Shown here one piece after another: positions 42,451 to 61,720 of a stretch of 64,000 nt of DNA; positions within the stretch are counted from its first letter, which is position 1; each line of letters opens with the position of its first letter. The translations under genes were made by a program, and so were the position numbers. The stretch is taken from assembly GCF_009914755.1 (NCBI RefSeq), contig NC_060936.1. The stretch is one strand, 5' to 3'. Source of the DNA: the human T2T-CHM13v2.0 reference genome, Homo sapiens. Below the pieces are notes generated by a model, which saw nothing but the letters and a program-made list of their open reading frames with translations, made no database searches and had not been told where the DNA came from.

Positions 42451-43681
42451 AAGCACCCCACTGAATCCTCCACTTACTTGTTCAAAACCATTGATAACAG
42501 AACCATCAGGGCCTGTTTCATGAAGGGGACACTCCTGCCCCAGCCCACCTGAGAAGATTTGTTTCATACTACTTCTCCTCTAATAGGCAATGCTTCAGCA
42601 ATTTTTGGGTAATCTGTTTTACTCAAAGAAGTCCCATATTGTTACAATTTTGTCTCTTACAATGTTCCTTCTGCTTGGGATCCCATCCTTGCAATTCTGA
42701 AGGACTGGACCAGGCTCTCACTCCTGGCTAATTTGTTTTGGGGACTAGGTCCCTGATCTCTGTTCCATAGTGAATTATGATCTCTGTGCTGGATTATGTC
42801 GGGTGTGTAGTTCAGGCTTTGCTCATTTTATCATTTTACTTCCCATTGTGCTTAGTTCAGGATCATGTAAATAGAGGACATTCAGTAAATATTTCCTTGA
42901 TGAATATAAGGAATAAAAGAAGGAAAGAAGAGAAAAAAAGAGAAACACCAGAGCAAGTATGGGGATTGAGAACTCATGGATGAAGCAATTTGAGTATACT
43001 CCAAGTTGCTAAACAATGTTGTGATTAATTAGAAACTACCACCAAGATCCTGAGCACACCCACGCTGTTCTCCTCTTCAATATGCAGCAGATGATGTTTG
43101 TGATTACAAGCTGGTGCTTGGCACATGTTCTGCTTGAAAGAATGGACTGCTGCTATTGATGAATTCAACCCCATGTGGTTCAATCATTCTTTCACAGTCT
43201 GGCATTTATGCCAATACATTCCAAAATCCTCCAAGGCAATCAATTTGCCAAGATGTTGTGATGGGCCAGTTGTCTATAGATGCGTGCTTGTAAGCTGATC
43301 ATGGTACATTAGGGCCGGTATGCAATGACTGTGTTAATCTGGTCATTATTATTCCAGGTTGCTAATGTAAAGGTTTTTATCAACTTAGAAGAGGAGATGA
43401 TTATAGGTCTTAATACCACTAAAATACTGTTTTCAAAAACCAATTTCTGTTACTATCAAGAATTCTTTCTAAATTCTAAAATATTTTCTTTGTCAAAAGT
43501 ATGTACATAAATGAAGCAGACATAAAATGCATTCCTCAGCAATTCTCAACTGAACGAATTTCAAACTTCTTAACAGTCATGGGAGTGTGGTATGTTGCTG
43601 AGGAAAAAATTACGAAGAATTACTGTTCTAGAAAACTTTTATTTAAAAAGAGGAAGTATCCTTTCTAAATAAATAATTTTC

Positions 43682-43906
43682 TTTTTAAAAAAATTTTATT
43701 TTACTTTAAGTTCCAGGATACGCATGCAGTATGTGCAGGTTTGTTACACAGGTAAATGCATGCCATGGTGGTTTGCTGCATCTACCAACCAACCCATCAC
43801 CTAGGCATTAAGTCCCAGATGCATTAGCTATTTATCCTGATGCTCTCCCTTCACCTGGCCCCCAGACAGGCCCCAGTGTGTGTTGTTCCCCTCCCCGTGT
43901 CCATAT
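43682..43906 (-). mobile_element. Short 5'-truncated L1PA7/8-type 3'UTR
   Basis: ttttactttaagttccaggatac...gtgcaggtttgttacacaggtaaa...gccatggtggtttgctgc. Confidence 0.85.
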
Positions 43907-44272
43907 GATTTTCTTAAATAGCTATATTGTTAGCATTGTCTATAGACAGGGCCACTTTTTTTTCCTATATGTAAATATATCTTTATTGGGGTCTGCTAAA
44001 ATATCAGTTACTTTTCTCTAAAGTTATATGCATATTTCATAATATTGATTCCGCAGTACCTGATATTTTGGTTTCTATTATCATTGGTATCTTTTTTAAC
44101 ATTACATTTCCTCTTTGATGCTGCACTTGTATGTTAATTTTATATCCACCAATTTTGGTGAACTCTATTAATTCTAAAAGATTTTCTGCACATTCTCTTG
44201 AGTTTTCTACATAGACTTCCACAAACAATGACAGCTTTATTTATTCCTTTATAATGTTGGCTAGTATTTTCT

Positions 44273-44554
44273 TGGAGATGAAGACTCGTTCTATTGTCTA
44301 AGCTGCAGTGCAGCAGCGTGATCTCAGCTCACTGCAACCTCTGCCTTCAGGTTCCAGCAATTCTCCTGCCTCGGCCTCCTGAGTAGCTGGGATTACAGGC
44401 ACGCATGACCATGCCTGGCTAATTTTTTTATTTCTAGTAGAGACAGGGTTTCACCATGTTGGCCAGGCTGGTCTCGAACTCCTGACCTCAAGTAATCCAC
44501 CCACCTCAACCTCCAAAGTGTTGGGATTACAGGCGTGAGCCACCGCGCCCGGCC
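44273..44554 (-). mobile_element. AluS
   Basis: Full dimer lacking a tail; flanking repeat aat.ttggctagtatttt. Confidence 0.9.
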
Positions 44555-44591
44555 TAATATTGGCTAGTATTTTCAGTACAACGTTTATTAA

Positions 44592-45253
<662 letters not shown>

Positions 45254-45381
45254 CTAAAGAGAATGCTTCCAAAGTTTCATCAGTAATATCCTTGATGAAT
45301 GCTTCTGATACGTATCCTTAAACAGATTTAGGAAGTTCCCTTTTATTCCTGGTTTACTAACCTTTTATCAATAAGCAATAA

Positions 45382-45801
45382 TTTTTTTGTTTATGACAGG
45401 GTCTCACTCTGTGCCCCAGACTAGAGTGCACTGGTATGATCATGGTTCACCACAGCCTTAAACTTCTGGACTCGAGCAATCCTCTCGCCTCAACCTCCCG
45501 AGTAGTTGAGACCACAGGCACATGCCATCACATCTGGCTAATTAAAAAAAAATTTTTTTTTTAGAGGCAAGGTTTCATGTTGCCCAGGCTGGTCTCAAAC
45601 TCCTGGGCTCAAGCAATCCTCCTGCCTCACCCTCCCAAAGCGCTGTGATTACAGGTGTGAGCCGCCACACTCGGCCTTTCTTTTCTTTTTATGAGACAGA
45701 GTCTCACTCTGTCACCTAAGCTGGAAAGCTGCGGCACAATCACAGCTCACTGTAACTTCAAAACTCCTGGGCTCAAGCAATCCTCCCACCTCAACCTCCC
45801 A
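45382..45801 (-). mobile_element. AluJ (45382-45676) followed by a partial AluJ (45677-45801)
   Basis: J-type gggctcaagcaatcctcc motifs. Confidence 0.85.
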
Positions 45802-46006
45802 AGGAGAAAAAACAATGAACTTTAATACATGTACCAAAATATCACATATACCCCATAAATATGGGGTGTTTACTTAATTAAAAAAGCAATGAATTTTATC
45901 AAATGCCTTTTCTCCCTCTATGGAGATGAGCGTTACACAGTAAGTCACAATAATAGCTTTGTAACATCAAACCACCTTCGCATTCCTGAGAAAAGCCCTA
46001 TGGATT

Positions 46007-46266
46007 ACCCAGGCTGGAGTGCAGTGGCATGATTTCAGCTCACTATGGCCTCTGCCTCCCGGTTCAAGTGATTCTCTTGCCTCAGCCTCCTGAGTAGCTG
46101 GGATTACAGGCGCACACCACCATGCCCAGCTAATTTTTGTATTTTTAGTAGAGACAGGGTTTCACCATGTTGGCCAGGCTGGCTTCAAACTCCTAACCTC
46201 AGGTGATACGCCCACCTTGGCCTCCCAGTGTGCTGGGATTACAGGCGTGAGCCACCATGCCCAGCC
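46007..46266 (-). mobile_element. AluS, 3'-truncated
   Basis: cccaggctggagtgcagtggc...gccaccatgcccagcc. Confidence 0.9.
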
Positions 46267-46894
46267 ATGGGTTACTCTTGAAGGCATCACTCAAATGCCT
46301 CTCTGGCAGAATTTCCAGATCCCATATAGAGACAAAAAAATCATGTCCAGTAGATTTCTTAGAATACTCACAGTCACCCATTTATGCATCTCTGCCTGAA
46401 CTCCTCATGGCTACTTATTGTGCCATGCTGCCTGCCATTAGACAAAGCCACTTTTAAATGAAAGGACAGACACACTTGACTGATGGTATTCTGACAGTAT
46501 TTTCACAATATGCTGTCATTCTTAGTGATATAATAAAGTTTTCTCACCTACCCGGTTTTTCAATAGATATTATATGCAAGGAAAAAAAGAATATATATGA
46601 CTTGCATCTGCTAAAGACTATACAACCATAATCAGTGTTGAATAGTACAATTTCTCCAAATCAGGGAAACTCAGGTTTGACTCTATCTTGGCCATTTAGA
46701 AGCTGTGTGATGTTGTGCAGGTTCCTTACCTTCCCTGAGCTCCAGGTGTTTTCATAATTAAAGGTGGAAATGCATGAGAAATATATCCCACATTAATTCA
46801 ACTACTGATGCTATGATTTCATCCATAAGCTCTCTAGTAGAATTTCTCCATAGCTGAATACAATTTCAAAGTTTTACATTAAAAATAGCCAATA

Positions 46895-47470
<576 letters not shown>

Positions 47471-49920
47471 TCAGAATTATTCCATTCCCCTGCCTTCATT
47501 TTAGATCACATGTAGGCTCCCAAGAAATCAAGTATTCTTGAATCTCTATCAGAGCAGAGCATTTTGAGATGAACTATGCTCCTAAACATTAATCATTTGC
47601 TTGGTTAAAGAAACTGTATTTGTATAGATATTTAAGTTTTATATGGATATTGAGTAATATTCTATTAGCACATTCCCTTTTTAGATTCAGACATTCAACA
47701 AATAAGTACTAATGAGAATTAGGGTGAAAAGCTAACCATGTATGATTCATGCTATATTTGGCTTTATATATAACAGTAATCATGAATAAAGCTATCAAAA
47801 AATAAAACTCAGCCTGAATTCAATGGCCCATGATCTTATGTTGGGGCAGAGTATCTTTTAAAAAAATTGAAATTGTCCCCCAGATTCCGGAAGTATGACT
47901 ACTGCAAACATAAGGGGGTACCTTGAAATGTAACATCTTAAAAGAAAGAGACGATGTTTTCTGTCAGCATGATTCTCAGAAAATCATAATTATTCCAAAA
48001 ATATCCCAGAACTATATATATAAAAATGAACTGAACATATGAGGCTGTAAATGTATTCTCTAATTTCAAAGTAGTTCTTGTCCCTCCCTCAACTCTCTTT
48101 TTCTATTCTTCTATTACCTGTACCACTAAAAAAGGAAAAAGAAAAACTATTGAATTTACATATTAAAAAATACCAGTGGTAGTCATTAAATAAAGAGAGA
48201 GTAAAGATGTTCTATAAAAAAGGGTAGTGCTAAGTTCTCCAAAATGTGGTAGGAAGTAAAGCATTACGTTCATGGAAGAGAAGAGTTAATTCAAAGTATG
48301 GACTTTCCAGTCTCTCATCTTTCACTTACTTATAAAGGTGCCATTCCTAAAATAGATAAGAAGCATAAATGGTTATGGAAGAATGTAAATGCTATGGGAA
48401 AAGGAGGAGGACATATAACCATATCTTCCATTTGTTTAGCTATGCTAGGACACTTGAGATTTAAAACTATCTTTACCATGTCGGGAACATAACTGACAGA
48501 GCCTACAAGGAAGATGCATACATGAATTTGGTCACCATATGCAAGAGGGTTGGTGCACAGGGTCCTGGAGGTCACAAGGTGAATGCTGGATCTTAGGATC
48601 TATTTTTCTCATAAAGACAATCCCATCATATCCTATGTCATAGCATATAAATAAAACAAATCTCTCTTCTTAAGGCTGACGAACACACAGTCTATCTTGG
48701 TCAATTAAACTCTTTCCATGAAAGCTATAAGAGGCTGCTGAACCTGCTTTCAGTTAGTAAAGAAGGCCAGCCACCTTTGAGAACCTTAGTGGAAAGGCTG
48801 ATCTACACATTAAGTATGAATCAAAATCTAGATTTCTATAGGGAAAAAAATTATTAGATAAGCCATTTAGTCTTCTTGTCTTATTTTACAAATTTTCAGG
48901 AAAAAAACCTCTCCAATAAAACAATCAGATACAAATGACAAGATATAATATTTCCCAATTAAATACAACTTAAATAACAGAAAAGATGTCAGCTAACTAA
49001 CACAGTTCTATGTATTCCTGAAAAATCTGTTAAGAGCAACATAATACCAAAACAATCCCTTCAATTTTCTTTGCCCCAAAACATTTCATGGCCTAAAGCA
49101 GTTGGTAACTAAACACTCCCTTATGAGATCAATACCAAAAATGAATTAATATTGAAAAGCAAGTTTATGGACATTATTATGCTGGAACATTAGTTTTAAT
49201 TTTACAATGCTATTGGATTTCTATGAAGAACTGATCTTTTTATTGCAGAAAACATTTTAAGGTTTTCTGTTAAAGTCTCCTCTTGTTACATTTAGCAAAA
49301 CTGAAGAGTACAAAATGAGATAACACAGTGAAAGAGCCTGAGTAATCTGAATGGGTTCAAATGACTTTTAAAAACTACTTACAAACCTGGCTTAGAATAA
49401 AGTAATCCAATTTACGTACCAAGAAACCAAAATAATACTTCAAAAATAAATTTCACAGATGTCTACTTATATATCCAGTGACATACACTAGTGAGGGGCC
49501 TTGCTTTGTAAAAAACAATGTTTAGGTTTATTCATGTATTATAAAGATTAGTTCAGAAATTTCAGTGACCTTTTAGGATAGAGTACAATTTTCAGAGTTT
49601 GGCCTATAAGGGTAATTTCCTTCAGGATCATAACTGTATTTGATTTGAAGGCAAACCTATGATATATCACTATGTCTGAAACACAATCACTGAACCAAAT
49701 CCAATGAAATACTGCTACATTAAAAGGAATGCAAAGGAAAAACTAAAGCTCTTAAAGAACATTTAGGAATGATTAACATTATTAATTTTAGGCAACTGGC
49801 ATATCCCTGAGTGCTCAGATTTAAACAAAACTTGGACATGAGAAATCTGCTAGCATAATACTACACCTATGGGATGCGGGGCTTGACTGTCCATAAGGAG
49901 GTCATTAAAATCTTTTTTTC

Positions 49921-50105
49921 ATATATATATACATATATATATGATACACACACATATATAAATATAAAATATGTATGCATATGTATGTAGAGATGTGTGT
50001 GTGTATATATATATATAGAGAGAGAGAGAGGTGGGGTATGTGTGTGTAGAGAGAGAGAGAAGTATGTATATGTATAAATACATAAATACAGCGTGAGAGA
50101 GAGAG
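49921..50105. repeat. Compound (TA)/(CA)/(TG)/(GA) low-complexity tract
   Basis: Directly visible. Confidence 0.9.
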
Positions 50106-51933
50106 GTTTTGTAGTTACAATGATCATCATTACAGAATCTTCTTATTACTTGTAGACCTTTACTTCCTGAATCCCCTTTTCTGGCCCTTCTCCACCCCGA
50201 TTTTGATAAGGGAAGTGAGGTACCACTGAATATATAAATAGATTTGTTCCAAATTCCTGCAACAATTCTGTTCCTTCTTCCATGTTTTTAATTCACAGAC
50301 ACATGCCCACAAAGCTAAATGTTCTGGAAAACTGGCAGAATTTCAGTAGAGAATGATTAACAGCAGGAAACCATAGAAGTGAGTTCCACATGTTCTGCTC
50401 TAGAAATTTTAACAATAGAAATTAGAAAAAAATAATATTGGTATTCCATTAGCACATTCAGCAGACAGAAAATATTTGCATCCAGTGACTGCTAGTCTGA
50501 GAAGAAATACGCATGCCAAGCACTCCTATTGATCATCCCTTAAGCATTCCCCTAAATCCATTCTGATGGCCATAGCACAGGATAGATTTTAATGCTACTT
50601 TTATGTGCTTTCCTACTGTGTATAAGGACTGGGCAAGGAGAATTCGAAAGATACGTCTCCAGATGCCTTTGCTTTTTAAATGTCTGTGGGTATCTAACCT
50701 TATTTTCCTTGGCATTTTGCTTTTAACTTGTGATTGTTTTTCATTAGGCTGATTCTTCTAATCTTTGAACATGACACAAATCATAATTCTACTTGATATG
50801 GCTTGAGATGCTCTTCTAGATAAATATGGCTCTCTAGGGATGAGGTCAGTATTTGAAAATCTACATATGGCTGTTTTATTTTGAGGCATGTCTGCAGTTA
50901 CCATATGGTCAGTGGCAATCTGTGAAGGGAGTCAGGATGTGTCTATTTAAAATACTGACTGAAATTTGAGTTTCTACTTAGAAATTGCTTTGATCCAGCT
51001 ACTTTTTCTGAATGCTAAGTCTTATTTTGTCTTTTAAAAATGCAATCTTCCCACTGTACTGCAAAACTCAACTGTAAAATAAAACTTGTTTCTACATATT
51101 TTCATTGATTAAATCTGTTATGCATATATAAAAAGTCTAGCATTATATTCATTAGCAAAGATGTAGACACAATCCTAGCCTTGCTATTCAACTTATTGAT
51201 GACTTATTTATGCTGTATTTTAGCATGGCTCATGATCACTGGAATGCACAATTTAGGCAGAAGTGAAGCAATGTCTAGCTGAGTGCCTCTCAGGGATACC
51301 CTGTCCTCTGAGATCTCTTAAGACACCAAGATTCTATAACTCTACTGAATGAAACTATTCTAGCAACATTTACATTAAAAATATATGACTCCTTATGTAA
51401 AATACAGCCATGACGTAACTGCTGTGTAGGAGTATAAACAAGTGTTCTATTTGAGTGAAGTATGTGGCTATTATAAATTATTCCCATTCATTATTCATCA
51501 AGTTTCTATAAATGTTTTAGGAAAATAGTGAAGAACCATTTTCCTAGCACTTTTCTAAAAAGTACTATTCATAAATTACTTAGCCTATTGGTATAAAGCT
51601 CATTTACTTCATTGTCATATATATCCATTTGGCCTTTTAATGAAAGGAGGGAAGGAGAAGAGAAAGAAATACACCTGTGGGAGTTGGATGGTGTAAAGGT
51701 AGCAAGGCAAGCTAAATTATTTCTAAGAAAGCAAAGAACTGACATATTTAAAGACAGAAAATGGTATCTACATAACCTCAAAAAGGTATGTTCTAAGCAT
51801 TGTATTTTGACCTGAAGTCATGACTTAAATAGATTCCCTATCCACACATAATTTCACCTCACTTTGCAAATTACCTCAAAAATCTTGAACCACTTCAGAA
51901 GCCATCTGATACAAATTCCTATAGCTTCCCTCC

Positions 51934-52326
51934 TGTATTAGTCTATTCTCATATTGCTAATAAAGACATACCCGAGATTGGGTAATTTCTAAAGGAAAGA
52001 GGTTTAATGGATTCACCATTCAGCATGGTTTGGGAGGCCTCAGGAAACTTACAATCATGGCAGAAGGGAAAGCAAACATGTCCTTCTTAACATGGTGGCA
52101 GCAAGGAGATATGCAGAGTGAAGGGTGGTGTGGGGTGGTGCGGCGGGAGAGCCCCTTATTAAACCATCAGATCTCATGAAAACTCACTGACTATCACGAG
52201 AACAACGTGGAGGTAACTGCCTCCATGATTCAATTACCTCCCATCAGGTCCCTCCCAAGATGCATGGGGATTATGGGAACTACAATTCAAGATGAGGTTT
52301 GGGTAGAGACACAGCCAAACATATCA
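51934..52326 (-). mobile_element. THE1 (ERVL-MaLR) solo LTR
   Basis: tgtattagtc...acacagccaaacatatca with a perfect 5-bp TSD cctcc (51929-51933 and 52327-52331). Confidence 0.92.
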
Positions 52327-52613
52327 CCTCCCTTCCAACACAAAGATTCTCGGTATTTCTGTTTGTTTTTTCCTTGTAGCTCAGCAAAAATGGTGACTCT
52401 TTCCTCTCTGAACCCCATCTATGTTGAACATGTCAGGTCTCCCTCCTCCTCTGGGATCTTGTACACTATTATTCCCCTTCCTTGCCTGCCAATCAATCCC
52501 TCTATCCCAAGTCTACCAACCTACAATTCCGTCACTTCTACATTCCTTGAAAGAAGAGGTCTATACACACTTTCCCATTACTGACACTTTACTCTCTAAG
52601 CCTGCCCTTTCTT

Positions 52614-54194
<1,581 letters not shown>

Positions 54195-55545
54195 TGCCCT
54201 TTCTTGTTCTATTGAAACTACTCTCAAAAAGTCATTAATTAAACTCTACTTGGTAATACCAACAGTGAAGTGGTCTCTTCGCATTTCATATCCTTAGATG
54301 ATTCTTTTTTAATACACTCATTGGTACCTTTGCCTTTTGTGATACTACAGAATTTTGTTCCTCCTCTAACATTTCTTTGTTTCATTTCAGCAACCTTTAT
54401 GAGATTCTTCTCTTCTGTTACCCTTAATGCAGGCCATCTCCAAGATTTTACCCCAAGTCCTTAGGTAATTCTACCATGGCCTGTCTCTTTTACTTCCAAA
54501 GTTCAATCTTTTGGTTTTAAAAAACAAAACATACACATGCACACACAATTTTCATCTCTAATTCTGATCTTTTTCTTGATCACCAAAATAATATCAGGGT
54601 CCTGATGCTTCAAGAAGTAACTTTGTAAGTTGCATTATTACATTGGCTATCAATACTTTTCACCATTCACATTGGGTATGCCCTATAGGAAAACTCATGT
54701 AAAAAACTATATAGATGCCAGTGCAAGTATTTTTTCCCTTGAGTGACCTTTTTTCCCCCTTGTGAACAATAAGAATCATGTAACGGACTGCAGTTTTCTT
54801 TCCGGTATGGCTGATAAGAAGCTCAGAATCAAATATGCAACAAATCTTTACCAAGTGTTTAAGCCTTTACGGTCACTAATATATATTTTAGCTCTTCCCC
54901 TAGTGTTGATTTTCTCTTCTAATTCTTAACTTCCCATATTATTATGTTTTTATTTTTATTTAGTTCCTATTTTATAATTTATATTTATTTACATTTTTGA
55001 ATGTATCTTCCATAAGTTTCCTAAAATCATTTCGGGAATAAGACAAAATACAACCCAATAAACAATGTAGAACAGCTGCAGGTATGCAACAAATTCAAGA
55101 TCAAAGTCATTGAATCATTTGTAATTATGCAACTGTTTATTCCCATAGTTTAGCTTACTATAAGTGCTCAATGAATGATTACTGAACTAAATAAAAATAT
55201 AATTTGGTTTTTAAAAATATTTCCTTTAGATGTTTTTCACCTAATAAGCATTTATTTCTATTAAGGTCTAACATTAGAAAAGAATTTGAAATATTACCTT
55301 TTCTGGCAAAAAGTACAAGAGTTTATTAACCATAACCTGTTTCCATCATTTCAGAATCAGCCTGAGTCATGTCAACATCTCTGGGTAGATGAAAGGCTCT
55401 ATAATATAATTTCTTTATGACAGGGAGTAAATTCATAGTGCAGTTGCTTCCTCCCATTACCTTCTGACACACTCTATAACAATCCATATAGTTTATGTTA
55501 GGGGTTTGGAACAACATATATGCCTACAAGAAAAAATAAAAATGT

Positions 55546-56000
<455 letters not shown>

Positions 56001-56279
56001 GATTTTGCTGCTTTACTTCTTAGACTACCATCTGATAAAATATACTCTTTCAGAGTTACCAGTGAAAAAATGAAGGTATAAAGTAGGCTCTTCACTGATG
56101 GTCAATTGTTATCTCTAAGAATCACATGGCAGGAACACAGGAACAGCACTTATGGCCAAAGTAGGGCAGGGAACATAGCCCACAAAGCAAAATTCTATTG
56201 CGAAATGATCTCCCAAGAGCCTGCTGCCCAAGAATGCAGTTTATGCAGATGATGGTTAATTAACATGACTCATCCATCA

Positions 56280-57735
<1,456 letters not shown>

Positions 57736-57879
57736 TTTGGTTCTAATTTCCATCTGCAGAGTGGTCCATAATTTGTATATTTTTGGAAAGAGTTTTTCTA
57801 CTTCAAAAACGACAACTGCTTGTGATTCAAGGCACATTTCCATACCATTCTGTCTGATCTTTTCCAGGACCAGAGTCAG

Positions 57880-58340
57880 TGGGAAAAGCATGTGCTCTGG
57901 AATTAGACATGCCTCAGTTTCTGTAAGAGTTCTACCCTACCAACCCTACCAGCAGCAGCAGTAGCAGCATTATCTTTATCACTGACAATGTATCAGCACT
58001 TGCTGTTTTCCACAAACCATGTTAACTTCTTTATATACTTTGTTTAATTCTCACAACAAATATATGAGTTAGTGTTATCATTCCTGTTTTACAGATGAAG
58101 TTTATGCAGATCCCAGAACTGATAACTACTACAGCTAGAACTTAGTCAAGAATCGTAAACCAAAACTCTTCCTCTTGACCAGTGTATTCATCTGCAATCC
58201 CAGTTCAACAGCTTATCCAAAGTCACCCACTTACATATGAACAGCACAGAGAGGGTTGGGGCCATATCTGACCTCAACCCATGTTCTTGCTAACCATCCT
58301 GCCTGTTTTTGGTGTCCTCATTTATAAAACAGGATGATGA
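57880..58340. mobile_element. MIR fragments
   Basis: tttaattctcacaacaa...cctgttttacagatgaag. Confidence 0.55.
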
Positions 58341-60466
58341 CGCAAACCAAGATGATGCATGCATACTGCCTGGACAAGGCATACACTCAACAGCTGCTAG
58401 CTCCCCTTACTGGGTTCTGATATTTACAGGTACATGACTGAGTTTTTGTTAAAGCATCACAGTGTTTATAAAAGTTTTCTTAGTCCCTGTAGTATCTTCT
58501 ACCACTTTTGAAGCACTTCATTGAGACTCTAAATGCAAAACTACAAAATCATAAGATACGTTCAAATTATTAAAATATCGTATTATGTAGCAATTTACAC
58601 AATTCTAGACAAATGGCATGGGGCAATGATGAATATCACTGAATACCATTGCCTGTAAACTAATTGAGAAGTTTTACACTGTGAATTTTGCAATATAATT
58701 CTCCTGCTCCCCTTACATGTTTACACCTTACATTTTCCTGTAAGCCTTTTACATAATTTTTCACAGAAAACTTACAGGCAAAATTCTTTTCTATTGCCAA
58801 CATTTCTTAAATTTTGAATTAATCAAGTGTTTTGTGTTCAGGCACTTTTATGTATTATAAAACTATAGCTAAATTTTACTTTTCCATTCAGAAATCTTAA
58901 AGTTCATATTAGCATCAAAAGGCATGCATTCTTTCTTTTCAATGTTTTAATGTTACATGAGCAAATGCTTTTGCTAGGCCTGGAAAGGGCTGAATTACTA
59001 TTCATTATGGTGATGCTTTTAACAAATACCTTCAGTTTAGACAAACAGACATGCAACAGATAGATATGAAGGACAAATTTCACTCAGACAAAATGTATAC
59101 TTACTTTCTGTTAAATCCTAATTTTAAAAGCACTCCCCACCACCTGACTTACATTTTAGTTTGCTAATTTGCTATGGAATAGGAAGAAAATAATGCCAAA
59201 GGAGGGAAGTGAAAAAAATTTATCTTCCCTAATAGTAGACCAACTAAATATTTTAACTACGTACATTCTTTTAAGACAATCTAAATTCAGACACTCTAAG
59301 TTCAGACATTCTGAATTCTCATAAAAATATGTTCGTGTAATAAGGTTTGTTCAGTGATGACTTAGACAATGCCTAAATTTTTGCCATATTTGTGCCACTA
59401 AAAGGTAGTAGACATTTTCTAAATTTCTCCATGGCAAGCCCCATTAATTCTAATTAAAGCTTCCCATTGCCAGCTTATCCTTGGCAGATAAAACAGTTTA
59501 GAGACTGCAGCTAAATGTAAGATTTCCCAGAAGGAACTGAAAATAAGTTAGACGTATTCAAGTAAGCCACCTGTCTGGAGGAAGATTTATTTATTTGATC
59601 AGAATAGCTGTCCAAACTTCAGATGACTCATGCACAAAACAGATGTAGCTCTTTAAATGCAAGTATTTTTATTTCACTCTCTATTAACATGCATCACAAA
59701 TGGATGGAGCAACTCTAAGGAGCCAACGGATACAAATGTTCAATAACGTATATTTGCTTATGAATCTTCAGTTGTAAATAAGCATCAAACCGGATTCTTA
59801 AAGTTGAAGATTCTAAATAGCTATGTGCACTAACAAACAGCAGACTAGGAGTGCTCCATTCTAAGCTAAGTTTCCAAATATAATAACTGCTAATCAAAAC
59901 AGTGACATCACAATCAGATACGTGAAACACAGAGGAGGCACAATTGTCACATGGTGTCAGCTCTGCTCAGGAGTTCATCTTTTTGTCTTCTAATGGGGCT
60001 GAAAACAGACAGCCCACCCTTAGATAAGCACCTGGGGTACCCATTATGACAGCATTACAGCAAGTTCAAGGACATAGCTGCCCCCATAAACAACACCCAA
60101 AATTAGAACAGGCAAGTTACTTAACCTCTCCATATCCCACCATCTTTTTAGTTACTGTCAAATGCAATTCACCATCAGCACCAGGACTCTGTATGGTAGG
60201 CTCCAAGATAAATTAGACATGGTCCTTGATGTCAAGAAACACAATGGTTCGTGGCACTTACCAAAGTAGACAATGATAAGTGCCATAAGGGTTGACTTCA
60301 TGACCGCAGAGTTGCAAACAAGAGAGATATATTCTAGCTGAAGCAGACCATATATGAACACATTTATTAATTCCACGATTCATTTGAAATTAGAATAGTT
60401 AATTTTCATTAATGTTACCTCTGGTATTTCCCACTTGTAACAATGTTTTAATTTTTAAATCTTCAC

Positions 60467-60598
60467 TTTTTTTTTTAAAGACTGGGGGGGTCTCACTATG
60501 TTGCTCAGGTTGGTCTTGAACACCTGACCTCAAGCAACCTTCCTGCTTCAGCCTCCCAAGTAGCTTGGATTACAGGAGTGAAACTGCTGCCCCTGGCC
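60467..60598 (-). mobile_element. FLAM/Alu monomer
   Basis: gggtctcactatgttgctcagg...cagcctcccaagtagc. Confidence 0.85.
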
Positions 60599-61419
60599 AT
60601 GTTTCACTTTTTAATCATCAGTATGTCATTTTTGTGTGTGTGGAGAACCAAACTGACTTTATTAAATATTTTATATAAGATGTTTTCATTGTATACCTTC
60701 TACCTAACCCAAACCAAAACTTCCAACTTTCTGGACACTTAACATCTCTTGGCACTTTCTGGCCTTATCATTAAGATAAAAAATGAAATCTACCTGTAGA
60801 AAAACTCAAGGATGTTGTCTTTCTTTAGCCCTAACCCTAGCATTGCCATCTTATGCAATGCATTAAAATGTTTTCCTAAAAATTAACTTTAAACAACATC
60901 AGGAAGGAAAGCATGAAAACAACATACGTACTTTAAGCTAAATGACTGGATTTCATAGAGTTTGACATCTATGGTAACAGATAAAAGGATGAGGGGTTTG
61001 GAAAGAGGAAGGTAGGCATGAGCTCATGTTTATTCAGTTCCTACTAGATTCAAGCTCTATATAGATTAATCTGCAGTGCTCCCTAAGAGGTTTGTAGTAT
61101 TAATCCCATTGGGCAGATTAGCAAACAAAGGCTCAAAGAGGCTCAGTAACTTTTCAAAGATCAAGGAGCTAGTGAGTGGTAAGGTCAATGTTTATCTAAC
61201 CCCAAACCCCTCAAAGTTTCTAATGTTCCCACATATCAAACTGTGTCTCTGATCTCTTTCAGCCATTGAATTAGCAACTGAGTCAAACAGAACTTCCTTC
61301 GTTGTTGCAGAGATTATTTTGTCTCAGTGTTCACTTTCTCAAGAAGGAAAAGAAAGCAGTAGACTGAGCTTCTCTGAAAAGAGGCACAGTCTTTTTCTCA
61401 TTACATCAAGAACGGTTAT

Positions 61420-61720
61420 TAAATAATGTGGCTGAAAAAACACATCAGAATTTATAAATACGTTTCCTTCAAAGTCATCTTGGGAGGGAGGTTACAAAAT
61501 TATTTCCTTGATGTTGCTACAGCTCAAAATATAACTGAAAATCTTTTAGAAATATCTTCAGAGCCAGTGACACACTCCGAATATCCTCAGTGGTCACAAA
61601 TCTTCACTCTCTGCTAATCAAGGTAGCTTTTGGCAGTAATCCAGAGGCAAGCATTATTGCTAAAATGGCTTATTCAGTTGAGTGAAAGCATTTGAGATCA
61701 AAAAGAAGAGATTCCTATAA
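61420..61720. mobile_element. Possible ancient Mariner-type (MARNA-like) relic
   Basis: ttcaaagtcatcttgggag...gatgttgc...gctcaaaa...cttcagagcc resembles the consensus as I recall it. Confidence 0.4.

Noticed and set aside
59610-59650. AP-1 and E-box motifs as an enhancer
   Set aside because: Such short motifs occur at chance frequency across 64 kb.
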